Notes under the pieces: model-generated | The model's database searches: none | What the model was told of the DNA's origin: nothing | What the model saw: the letters and a program-made list of their open reading frames with translations, nothing else | Translations under genes and position numbers: made by a program | Origin: Octopus sinensis | Taxonomy: Eukaryota | Assembly: GCF_006345805.1 (NCBI RefSeq) | Contig: NC_043006.1 | Span: 41,106,001-41,170,000 of the forward strand | Length of the DNA stretch: 64,000 nt | Direction: 5' to 3' | Part shown: positions 48,324-59,600 of the stretch, piece after piece | How the letters are laid out: every line of letters starts with the position of its first letter | How positions within the stretch are numbered: position 1 is the first letter of the stretch

Positions 48324-48469
48324 CAACAACATCGATAAATACCTAAGGAATGAGAACCTAGGTTCGAAATTTCCCCAAGACTCCTGATAAAGGCTGGAGA
48401 GTATATCAGCCGAAACGTTGAGTTAAGAACAAACAAAATGAGGACAAATATCCGTCAAATGTAAATAAT
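48034..48469 (+). mobile_element. tRNA-headed SINE with Penelope-like tail and an inverted tail copy upstream
   Basis: Head 48169-48243 has A-box tggcataatgg and B-box gagttcgattcc, followed by (AAT)n and a tail at 48330-48469. 48073-48171 is the reverse complement of 48373-48469. Confidence 0.75.
48120..48165 (-). ncRNA. Minimal type I hammerhead-like motif
   Basis: gacac-CUGAUGA-a-c-gcuga(agaguaua)ucagc-c-GAAA-cg-UC-guguu: stem I of 5 bp, stem II of 5 bp, GUC triplet. It has one extra A and a mismatched stem II closing pair. Confidence 0.5.
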
Positions 48470-49274
48470 ATACTCATAATCTTCTTACCGTAACAATAGG
48501 TAATGGATGTATATGCATATACACCCACTATCTTTTTATACACCCTTCCTTGTTTGATGAAAATTACAATATTTCATAAATCAACCAAGGCTTCCTTTGA
48601 CCGTTCCTTTGAAATGTACCTTCACTTTTTGATCGACACAGGTATATCGTTTTTCTTCTTACCTTACTTTTTCGTCGAAAAACTTTTCGGGTAAGGAGGC
48701 TAAAGGAATTCGTGACATATCTAATCTGAATTCAGAATATGTTCTTTGATAGACAATACATACAAAAGACATTGTTTTTGCTGCCATCTTAGGTGTTGAA
48801 TGCCGTTAGTGAAAATTATATATATTTTATTTTCAGTGTAGAGAAAAAGTCTGCGTTCGCTTGTTTAAGTTTTGTAATTTATTTTAAAACTTTATGTTCG
48901 TGTTTGCATGAATTTCGAAAATATTTTCAAATCTCTCAGGAAATTTAACACTAGACGAAAAAGCTAAACTATTACACGAAAAAGACAATATTTACAAATG
49001 AAATAAAAAAGAAATTCCGACTAAAAACCATTTTTTCACCCCAATTTTAAACGGAGTGGATACCCAAATTTTGTAAAGCCTATTAATACGCATAATTTTT
49101 GAATTATGAGGTTTTTGAGGGGGTAGGGGTATTAGTCGATAATATCAACCCAATTTTGCCTGGTACTTAATTTATATTTCAATAACAACAACAACAACAT
49201 GATAATAATAATAATGATAATAATAATAATAATAATGATAATAATAATAATAATAATAATAGTAATAATAATAA

Positions 49275-49470
49275 TGAATTATGGCTTCAAATTTTGGCAC
49301 AAGGCCAGCAATTTTAGGAGTGGGGTAAGTCACTTACATCGAACTTGATTGACAAATATTTTGTCAATCCCGAAAGACTGGCCGGCAATATCGACATCGG
49401 TATTGTTTGAACTCAGAACCAATCCGGAACAAATGCCGCTTAGCATTTTGTCTGACGCGCCAACAATTTT
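49275..49470 (-). mobile_element. Diverged family A monomer next to (AAT)n
   Basis: ttttggcacaaggccagcaatttt tail and tttgaactcagaac B-box. Confidence 0.75.
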
Positions 49471-49789
49471 GCCAAAAATAGTAAGAGACCAATTGTTTTG
49501 GGAACTGTTTTAATAACTTTTGCATATAGTAACGATAACAAGCACGAGTACAAGACAAAATCGACACCGACAGCAACAACAGCACCACCACCACCACCAA
49601 CAACAATAACAGTGGAGACTAAGGAAAATAAAAGTAGCGAGACGAAAAAGATGTAGAGGAAAAACAATAAAAATAAGTACAGAAATACGAAGCAGAAGAA
49701 AAAGAACTGGAACATGGAAAATAAGGGAATTAAGATTTTGAAGAATGGAAAGAAGAGCAAGCGGGAGAAAATAAGATTGAGGTTAATGA

Positions 49790-50460
49790 ATGATGACAAC
49801 GACAGGAACGATGATGATGGCGGTGGTGACGGTGATAATGGTGATGATGATGAGGATCACGACCAAGAAAAAGAAGAAGGAGGAGGAGGAGGAGGAGAAA
49901 AAGTAGTTGAAGTTAGTAGTGGAGGAAGGAGAAGAAGGTGGAGGAAGATGAGGTGGAAGAGAAGGAGGAGGATGTAGGAGTGGAGGAAGGAGAATAAGGA
50001 AGAGGAGAGGAGATGGAAGAGGTAGAGGAGGAGGAGGAGAAGAAGAAGAAGAAGAAGAAGAGAAGAAGAAGAAGAAGAAGAAGAAGAAGAAGAAGAAGAA
50101 GAAGAAGAAGAAGAAGAAGAAAGACGTAACAGAAGAGAGAGAAAGAGATCGAGTAGGAAAAGGAGAAATGAAGGAAACAAACTGTAAAGAGATATAAGAA
50201 GGGTAGAGGGAGATGAAAATGAAAAGAAATTAAAAGGTAAAATCATAGGAAGGAGCAAAAGTAAGGAGAAAAATAATGAAGAAATAAGTAGAGGAAAGAG
50301 AGAATAATGAATAAAAGCGAAAAAGAAGGGAAGAGAATTGCTGAAAAAAAAAAAAAAACAGAATGAAGAAAATTAGTCGAAGTATATGAAGAAGTAGAAT
50401 ATGTAGAATATATTGATGAAGAAAAAGAAGAATTAGAAGTTGAATGATAATAATAAGAGA
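49790..50460. repeat. Purine-rich (GGA)n/(GAA)n low-complexity tract
   Basis: Direct reading. Confidence 0.9.
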
Positions 50461-51582
50461 AGAGTAAGAAGAACATCAGCTGCAACAAAATGACAAGAAT
50501 AAGAACAGTAAGTTACAAAAACAAAAACCTAGACAAGAAAATTGAAAATATACGAAATAACTTGATAAGATAAATCAAATACATGGTATGGTGGTAAGGT
50601 GTTAGAGGAGGATGAGATGAGAAAAGAGAAGGAAGGAGAAAAGCAAAAGTGAAAGTTTGGCTGTCAAACAGAAGCAACAGCATTGACATGCAGTTGAGTT
50701 AAATGAATTATCGTAGAGTAAAATAAAATTGGGTGTTATCCAAAACAGTCGACTGCTAATGTTATCCCCCTTCCCATTTACCACTTCACTAAGCTGTCAA
50801 TTTAATCCAACCTCAGAAAGAATCAATGGCAACTGGTGGCCTTTTGCTTCGTCTTCATTCTCCACGGACTCCTCCTCTTCCTCCTCCTCCTCCTCGTCTT
50901 TTACATGCTTTTGTATCTCCCCCCTCACCCTCACTCCGATATTTTGTTGCCGCTCTGGGACTCTGTAAGTTTGTCAAAGTTTCTCCCATTTTCTTTTCCC
51001 CAATCTCGTTTGCTCATTCATCAATCATCATTTGTTTTGATTCTTTCAGCTTTTCTGGTTATCATCCTGCATTCTCACCCCACCACTACTTCTGCTCCGT
51101 ATATTCTCTCTCATCTTCTTCCGTTATCCTTTCCGCTATCACCCTTTTTTACATTCTATCTCTCTCGTCACATTCCCCTCTTTTTCCTCTCCCTCTTCTA
51201 TCTCATCTGTCACACTTCTCCAACGCCTCCTTCACTTACAATGACTTTCATTCTTACATTTCTCTTCAGGTGCCTCTGAACCTTAATTTTCTTAGATTTT
51301 CCATTACTCCACTTTTAACATCTTGTCTTTCACACCTTTTGTCTATGCATCTCCCCACCGCCCTATCGACTCTATCTCAGTCCCAATGCGCCTTTATCTA
51401 TCTCTAATGACTTTACATCTATTCTTGCTCATCCCGCTCTACTGGCTGCATACTGCCGCATAGCAAACTGCACTACACCACGCCATGAAAGCCAATGATT
51501 AGGTCTCTTTATCGTTGCTTGATTTACTAGAAATAGCAGCTAAATCATTCTTAAATACCATTCTACCGTTTACACTTATACT

Positions 51583-51971
51583 TTTTTTTTCTTTTTTTCT
51601 CCGTCGGTTACGACGACGAGGGTTCCGGTTGATCCGATCAACGGAACAGCCTGCTCGTGAAATTAACGTGTAAGTGGCTGAGCACTCCACAGACACGTGT
51701 ACCCTTAACGTAGTTCTCGGGGATATTCAGCGTGACACAGAGAGTGACAAGGCCGGCCCTTTGAAATACAGGTACAACAGAAACAGGAAGTAAGTGTGAG
51801 AGAAAGTTGTGGTGAAAGAGTACAGCAGGGAGCACCACCATCCCCTGCCGGAGCCTCGTGGAGCTTTAGGTGTTTTCGCTCAATAAACACTCACAACGCC
51901 CGGTCTGGGAATCGAAAACGCGATCCTACGACCGCGAGTCCGCTGCCCTACCACTGGACCATTGCGCATCC
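51583..51971 (-). mobile_element. Full-length SINE family C with A-tail and TSD
   Basis: TSD acacttatact at 51572-51582 and 51972-51982; T-rich run at 51583-51600. Confidence 0.92.
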
Positions 51972-52298
51972 ACACTTATACTATAAGTCTATAACAACAC
52001 ATTGTCTCAAACGACGCCATGCAAACGAATGATTAGGTCTCTTCATGGTCGGTCAATCAGCTAGAAGTAGCAGCGAGCTCTCTTTTAAATCACACCACAT
52101 CCTCTTAAGAATGAAAACGGAACATAATGTTATGTTGCTATAGAAAGCTCTACAAAGGCAGGATGGTCAGGGCCGAAATGATAGATGCATGCTCAAAGTT
52201 AACCTACTGCTATTCTGCAAATACTACGCTAGATTTCACAATGTTACAGTATACAGCACTAAGCTACATTAAAGGTTACCAAAATGTACAGTATAGAG

Positions 52299-52420
52299 CA
52301 GAGTTTCTCAACGGGGGTTCCCCGGAACCCTAGTGTTCCGCAAAAGGTTTCTAAGGGTTCCGCGAGAAAGAGTGAGATAATCTAATGCTAATTTCATGAC
52401 CTTAATATTACTATTCATGC
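52299..52420. mobile_element. hAT (Charlie-like) left-end fragment
   Basis: cagagtttctcaac..gggttcc..ggaacc subterminal motifs, preceded by gtatagag. Confidence 0.45.
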
Positions 52421-52538
52421 AAAACATATTATTGGTTATTGTAATATTGTAATATAGACATCATCCTATCTAACCTATTATGTTATAAAAAAATACAACC
52501 GTTGGGAATATATTTAGTGATGTCTGTAATTTATGGAC

Positions 52539-52572
<34 letters not shown>

Positions 52573-52576
<4 letters not shown>

Positions 52577-54089
52577 TGACCCTGATCGACCATGAAAAAA
52601 TTTTGAAGTTTTCACCCGGAAAGTCATCTTTTTAGATAAAAATTTCTTATCTCTTATATCATTTTCTCTTAAATTAAAAACTTATTGAGACTAATTCTTG
52701 GTAATAGAAGGATAAATGACAATAAAAGTAAGGGGAAAGGTAACTTACAAAGGTGGGGACAGAGCGCAGGTATAAGGCAAACACCTATTTTTCGCCGTCA
52801 TCCAGTCGGCGGCCAGCCGTGAGCGAGTGAAGTTGTGAGTTGCGTTCATCTGTTGAAAGAATTGTACTCCACCTAATGGTAGTGCTGAGAAATAAAACAT
52901 TATGAAATATACGTTAGTGATAAACAGTGTACTAATATGACTTGTCCGCGTTTGTAAATATAAGTTAATTTATTTAAGTACTCATTCATTTTATTGTGGT
53001 GCATTGTAATATAGATCTCCCCTGTTGTGTCGGTAGCCTCGTCAAAGCTGTAATACCATCTTTATAACCTCTCCGTTTTTATAATGTTATGTTCTTTATA
53101 TACTTATTATCAATGCCTTAGAACAAAATTTAGAGAAGCGAGACACACAGAAATACAGCACAAATTTAACTTAAACGACTGTCAAGAAATAGTGTTGCAC
53201 TGGGATTGAAAGCTCCTCCCAGCACTCACAGGCATTAAACAGATTGATAGACTGACAATAATAGTAACTTTTCAAGGCAAGGAGCAATAGTTGGGAGACC
53301 CTGAAATTCCATCATCTTCAGGAGAACAGCAAGCCATGGATGTTTACCAAACAGTAGAGAAGTGGGCTATAACCGACAAAATTCGGGCACATACGACAGC
53401 AAGCAACACAGATCGAGTAAAAGCCTGTACACATATAGAAAAGTTGTTCAATCGCGACCTGTTGTACTTCTCTTGCCGTGATCACAATTTTTAGTGAGTT
53501 TTTAGGAGCTGTTTTGACTCACTGATGGGTGCAACTTCTGCTCCTGACATGGCACTTTTCAAAAGATTTAGAGAAACCAGGACGAAACTCAACAAGAAGG
53601 TTTACATAAATAGTAGCAATGAAGTGCTGATGATGTCCGCTCTACCATTCTTGGATTTCTTGAATACCGCCTTTCTACGCAAAAAACAACAATTACCGAG
53701 AATTGTTGGAGTTAACGATGATCTTCTTGGCACCATTCCGAAGAACGGGATATCGTTTCGTACACCAAGAGCTGTAAGTCATGCTATGTGGATGTCAAAA
53801 GCAATTTACGCATTCCAGATATACCTGTTTCCAGATCAATTTCAGTTATCTCCTGGGGAGAAGAACTCTTTAAGAAGAATATGTATTTTTCTTGCTCAAG
53901 TGTATGTATGGTTTCTGTCATCAGAAGTAATTAAAGTACCTTATCAAGATTTCTAATTCATGTGTCGACTGATAAATTATCAAAATATGATCCAGAAATC
54001 AGTAAGGCTGCTGCGAAAATATTTTCCATCCACTTCTAGTACTTAACTCCCGAAACTGTGGCTCTATCCATATTTGATGATAATGCTCC
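52573..54089 (+). mobile_element. Decayed hAT-superfamily-like (possibly hATm) DNA transposon
   Basis: End taggtgaccc. Transposase pieces TTASNT..LLYFSCRDH, APDMALFKRF, HAMWMSKAIY, YLTPETVALSIFDD. Family name from memory. Confidence 0.55.
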
Positions 54090-54096
54090 AATAACC

Positions 54097-54150
<54 letters not shown>

Positions 54151-54214
54151 GGTTATTCAAACAGAAAGAGTAGATTTTAAATATATTTTTAAAACAAACG
54201 GTAAGAGACACAAA

Positions 54215-54762
54215 CACATTCTAGACCACCTTGCAGATTTCTTCCAAGAGAGGTCGACCCGAAGACTTCTTCTTTTGGAACCCCAGTACTTATTCTATCG
54301 GTCTCTCTTGCCGAACCGCTAAGTTACAGGGATGTAAGCACACCAGCATCGGTTGTTAAGCGATGACAGAGGAACACCCCCCCACACATATATATACGTA
54401 CAGTACTCCCTCGACTATCGCAGGTGTTAGTTCCAAAACATCCCACGATAAGTAAAAATCCACAAAATAGAAACAGTTCTCTACTGTATATTTGAAAAAA
54501 AAATGCAAACCAACACCACAGAGGAATCGATGTAAGCTTAAATAAGAAACCACGATAGGTGAACCGCGATATGGCGTGAAATTACTGAACAGACATATAC
54601 GAGGGGCTTCTTTCAGTTTCCGTCAACGAAATCACTCACAAGGCTTTTGTCGGCCCAAGATTTAGTGAAAGACACCTGCTGGAAGGTGTCACACTGTGGG
54701 ACTGAGCCAGGAAGTATCTGGTTGCAAAGCTAACTTCTTACCACACAGCCACACCAGTGCCT
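54215..54762 (-). mobile_element. SINE family B split by a MITE
   Basis: 3' part at 54215-54400 and 5' part at 54590-54762. Confidence 0.8.
54401..54587. mobile_element. Tigger/pogo-like MITE (187 bp)
   Basis: TA|cagtactccctcgactatcgc..gcgatatggcgtgaaattactg; homologous to 6516-6760. Confidence 0.8.
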
Positions 54763-54904
54763 ATTACGTAGCAAATTAATCTACGTGGCAGAAATTTAAT
54801 CTGGAAAGCGGAAGAAGTTACCTTCATTTGTTGATAACACAAATGAATTGCTAACTCGCTACAATGACATCTTTTCCATAAATATCCTCTACGGTATCAT
54901 TTCC

Positions 54905-55273
54905 CTTCTTTTACTTTTTATTTTTTACTTTGCTTTGTTTTGAGTCCTTGGACTACGGCCATGCTGGAACATCGTCTTGAAGGAGTTAGTTGAACGATGG
55001 CCCCTGTTGCTGAATCTCTAAGATAAAGAGATGTAAACAAACCAACAAGGGTGTCAAATGGTGGAGGGGACAAACACAAACTCAAAGACACACACATATA
55101 TATATAGTTACGACGGGTTTCCATATAGTTTACCATTTACCAAATTTACTCACACACAAGGCATTGGTCGGCCCTGGTCTATAACTGAAGGCACCTCGGC
55201 CAACGTGCTGCACAATGAAATTGAACCTCAACCCCTATAGCTGCAAAGTAAGTTACTTAACTCCATAGCTATG
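54905..55273 (-). mobile_element. Diverged SINE family B
   Basis: Tail ggactacggccatgctgg, body cacaaggcattggtcggcc, and head. Confidence 0.7.
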
Positions 55274-55289
55274 TCTGCACTTATATATA

Positions 55290-55671
55290 GGAGCACTCCG
55301 TCGGTTACGACGATGAGGGTCTCAGCTGATACGATCAACGGAACAGCTTGCTCGTGGAATTAACGTGCAAGTGGCTGAGCATTCCACTGACACGTGTACC
55401 CTGAACGTAGTTCTCGGGGAGATTCAGCGTGACACAGAGTGTGACAAGGCTGGCCCTTTGAAATACAGGTACAACAGAAACAGGAAGTAAGTGTGAGAGA
55501 AAGTTGTGGTGAAAGAGTACAGCATTGTTCACCACCATCCCCTGCCGGAGCCTCGTGGAGCTTTAAGTGTTTTCGCTCAATAAACACTCACAATGCCCGG
55601 TCAGGGAATAGAAAACGCGATCCTACGACCGCGAGTCCGCTGCCCTAACCACTGGGCCATTGCACCTCCAC
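55290..55671 (-). mobile_element. Full-length SINE family C with 16-bp TSD
   Basis: tctgcacttatatata at 55274-55289 and 55672-55687. Confidence 0.92.
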
Positions 55672-55689
55672 TCTGCACTTATATATATA

Positions 55690-55693
55690 TATC

Positions 55694-55724
<31 letters not shown>

Positions 55725-55948
55725 TGTATGTATGTATGTATGTATGTATGTATGTATGGCTGCAAAGTAAGCTAGTTAACGTCATAACAATGTCTGCACC
55801 TATTTATATATATATATATACATGCACACACACACTCACACACACATCATATATGTATGTATGTGTGTATGTACGTATGTATGTATGTATGTATGTATGT
55901 ATGTATGGCTGCAAAGTAAGCTAGTTAACGTCATAACAATGTCTGCAC

Positions 55949-55981
<33 letters not shown>

Positions 55982-56090
55982 CATGCACACACACACACAC
56001 ACACATATATGTATGTATGTGTGTATGTACGTATGTATGTATGTATGTATGTATGTATGTATGTATGTGTGTGTATGCCTCTGTGTGTGT
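55690..56090. repeat. (TATG)n arrays with a ~149-bp tandem duplication
   Basis: tggctgcaaagtaagctagttaacgtcataacaatgtctgcacctat is identical at ~55757 and ~55906. Confidence 0.85.
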
Positions 56091-56659
56091 GTATGAATTA
56101 TATTTTCATAGTGAAAATTCTAAATTATGGCTGTATGTCTACACTGTATCAATACGTATGAAAAAATAAACAAACGAAAAAAAATACAAATAAAAAAAAA
56201 ACATTGGTTTCTCTTAGGCCAGAACCGGCGGTATAACTACTTCTCAGAGACCAAATGCGTCTTACAGTCTTATTCTATTCAGCCGGCCAAGTTTATTGAA
56301 TATGTGACGTTGCATACAAAAATTCCTTGTTTTCCTTGTCTATCTTTGACGAACGAATAATAAATTTCGATATTATAAAATAGATCAAAGTCTTAGTTTT
56401 GTAATGTCTTCAAATGAATCAAATTTTTATATTAATGCAAAAAGAAAAAAAAAATGCGATATTTCTTCACTCAATGAAAAACGAAAGTTTCCTTGGGTGC
56501 AATATTTTATGCAGTAAATGTTTTTACCTAAATGATTGGTGTAACAAAACAGATTAACAGTGTGTCATATGCTGTTGCAATATAATCGATTCTAAAGCGA
56601 CAAAGACAGAAAAAATTAGTTATTACTTGATGAAAGCAAGTAAAGATGCCTAGTGTCGT

Positions 56660-57857
56660 GTTTTGCCCCAATGCCACACAACTGCTCCATTCATCCTAAC
56701 TTATAAAAAAAGGTTTTAACTGCATGTTGACTCATACAGTATGCCTACAGATTTTTACGTCGTTAAATATGTAACAACTACTTCATTACAAGTAATGGAA
56801 GTCAGGAGGTGCTAAATCTGGCGGATAAGGCTAGGGCGGGAGCGACACCGTATTGTTCTTGACGAGAAATTCACGAGTGAGGGGACCTGGGTGACAGGGT
56901 GCATTGTCGTTGTGAAGAATCCAATTCTTCATGCTCCACAGATCAGATCGCTTTCTCCGAATGTCTCCCCTTAAACGCTTCAAAATATCGTTGATTCTCC
57001 TCCGATCATCCTCATACATAAGCTGATGAATTTTCACTACATTTCCAAGGATGAGGCTTGTGGAAGATCTTCTAGATCCACCATCGTCTTCCAGAGACTT
57101 CTTTCCGCTTTTGAAGCGCCCCCTGTCACTCGAAACATTCCGCACGACCCATTGCCTCGTCGTCGTTAGCTTGCCGAAGCATGCCCAATGTCTCTGTAGC
57201 AGACTTCCCAAGTTTCTTATTTCGTATTGCCCATAAGGAGTTAAACATAGAGTGGACAAACAAGGACAGATAAAAGGATTAAGTCGATTACATCGACCCC
57301 AGTGCATAATTGGTACTTAATTTATCGACCTCGAGAGTATGAAAGGCAAAGTCGACCTCGGTGGAATTTGAACTCAGAAGGTAACGGCAGACGAAATACC
57401 TATTTCTTTACTACCCACAAGAGGCTAAACACAGAGAGGACAAAGATAGATAAACGGATTAAATCGATTATCTCGACCCCAGTGCGTAACTGGTACTTAA
57501 TTTATCGATCCCGAAAGGATGAAAGGCAAAGTCGACCTCGGTGGAATTTGAACTCAGAACGTAACGGTAGACGAAATACTGCTACGCATTTTGCCCGGCG
57601 TGCTAACGTTTCTGCCAGCTCGCCGCCTTCCCAAGATTAACGCAAAGTTTCATGGCTCTGTGTTCTAATTTCCCGTCTATGACAAAACCGCAGACTACAG
57701 CATACACGTGATCAAAACACACATAGAAAAAAAAAACAAATTTCACAATTTGTGAAGTAAAAACAACACTGCCTCATGAAGGTCACTGCTAGCTCTCAAT
57801 GCGAACGCAACTGTGTGCTACCATCTGTCCAGCAACCTTTTCTTACCATCTCGTATA
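56660..57857 (-). mobile_element. Internally deleted mariner interrupted by a family A SINE
   Basis: KLCVNLGK|SATETLGMLRQA is split by the SINE. RFKSGKKSLEDD, WILHNDNAPCH, PDLAPPDF and WSSCVALGQ are present, and the 5' end is tacgagatggtaagaaaagg. Confidence 0.85.
57213..57626 (-). mobile_element. Family A dimer with 9-bp TSD
   Basis: cttcccaag at 57204-57212 and 57627-57635. Confidence 0.9.
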
Positions 57858-58646
57858 TGGTAGTCATTAGACTGACGACGTCAAAGAGTGAACTTAAAAC
57901 TGGAGAGTCTTGGTAGGCCAACTCCTGGACACAAGAAGAGCAACCAGCTGATAGCTTATAGCAGCCATCAAATGTGGTTTACAAAGCAAAATACAAGTAT
58001 GGAACGGAAAGTGAACAAGAACAGAAGTAATCTGTCTAAATGATATTTTGTTCCTGTCTGGTTTTCATCCCATACTTATATTCTATATTTTATTGATAAA
58101 TTTACTTGATGTGTATGTAAAGTATATTCGCTTACACATAGATTAATTGCTCTCCATGCGAGTTCTGTGACTCCAAATAATATTTAAGCGATCCCCTCGC
58201 TGATCGTATATTTTAGTAACTACTACACTAGCTTACCGAAACAATGTGTTATCTCTTTGTATCATCCATGTGATTACAATTTTTCCTATCCCTCAGAACT
58301 TAAAAGCTATGTCCCTCAATACTCTTAATTTTCATTGTGCTTACCAGATCCATACTGAGTATTTTATCTAAGGTTTTTTTTACCTCAAAGATATTTGCTT
58401 CAGGAGATCGCTCCCTGCTCATGACTTTCCCACAGACTTACAGAGACCATATCTCAATTAATCAAATCTACTTGAAGTCTGAAATACTTACGGCTCGTAT
58501 GTTACTCAATCGGACTGGATGAAAATAAATATTAACGGCGCTGCAGTACTTAACTAAAGCACACCACTCTATACTACAGTAAAACAGCATCATCATCAAG
58601 AACAATGAGTAAAACATTACATTGTATTAATCTATAATGCACTTTA

Positions 58647-58951
58647 CATTGTTTGTTCCTTCTCAAGCCATCCATGGCTCATTAAGGCCGGTTTCCCGGT
58701 TTCCTTGGCATATATGGCCCCCACCTGGACGGGACGCCAGTCCGTCGCAGGTGAGCTGCTAGATGCAGGAGGAAAGAGTGAGAGAAAGTTGTGGCGAAAG
58801 AGTCAGCAGAAGTTCGCCATTACCTTCTGCCGGAGCCGCGTGGAGCTTAGGTGTTTCGCTCATAAACACACACATCGCCCGGTCTGAGATTCGAACCCGC
58901 GATCCCTCAACCGTGAGTCCGTTGCTCTAACTACTAGGCCATGTGCCTCCA
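58647..58951 (-). mobile_element. Full-length SINE family C with RTE-like tail
   Basis: Head ..ccatgtgcctcca in reverse; tail ggccggtttcccggtttcc..ttgtttgttccttct. Confidence 0.88.
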
Positions 58952-59196
58952 CATTCTGTAGATTAGTCATTACTAAAATAACGGGTTTCCAATTTCGATA
59001 CAGTGCCAGCAATTATGAAGGGAGAGGTTACTCGAAATCCCACAGACCCTAATAGTTTGGTTTCTTTTTATTTTATCCACCCCGAGGACAAAGTTGACCT
59101 CGGTATGATCTGTGCTAGATGAAACACTGCAAAGTATTATTACGAGGAGCTAACAATTCTACCGTACCACCATCCTAGGTATTATTAATATAGTCT

Positions 59197-59600
59197 AAGG
59201 TGGCGAGCTGGCAGAAACGTTAGCGCACCGGTCGAAATGCTTAGCGGTATTTCGCCTGCCGTTACGTTCTGAGTTCAAATTCCGCCGAGGTCGACTTTGC
59301 CTTTCATCCTTTCGTGGGGATTGATAAATTAAGTAACTGTTGCGTACTGGAGTCCCCTACAAAAAAGAAGAAACCGAGCTTTATGCCTAGAGTAGGAAAA
59401 AAAAGAATCGTTAGCAACAATCTTTTCATTATTTCGTCTGCTTTACGTTCATAGTTCAAACTCCGCCGGGGTGAACTTTGCCGTTCAGCCTTCGAGGTCA
59501 AAAAAATAAGTATCAGTTAAGCACTGGGTCAATGTAATCGACTAGACTCTTCCCCAAATTTCAGGCCTTGTACCAATTGTGGAAAAGATTATTAAGATAT
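59197..59600 (+). mobile_element. Two consecutive family A copies
   Basis: Heads at ~59197 and ~59405, each with B-box and Meta-like domain. Confidence 0.8.

Noticed and set aside
50729-51407. ORFs of 193 and 147 aa
   Set aside because: Pyrimidine-rich low-complexity DNA yields stop-poor frames with F/S/L/P-biased products.
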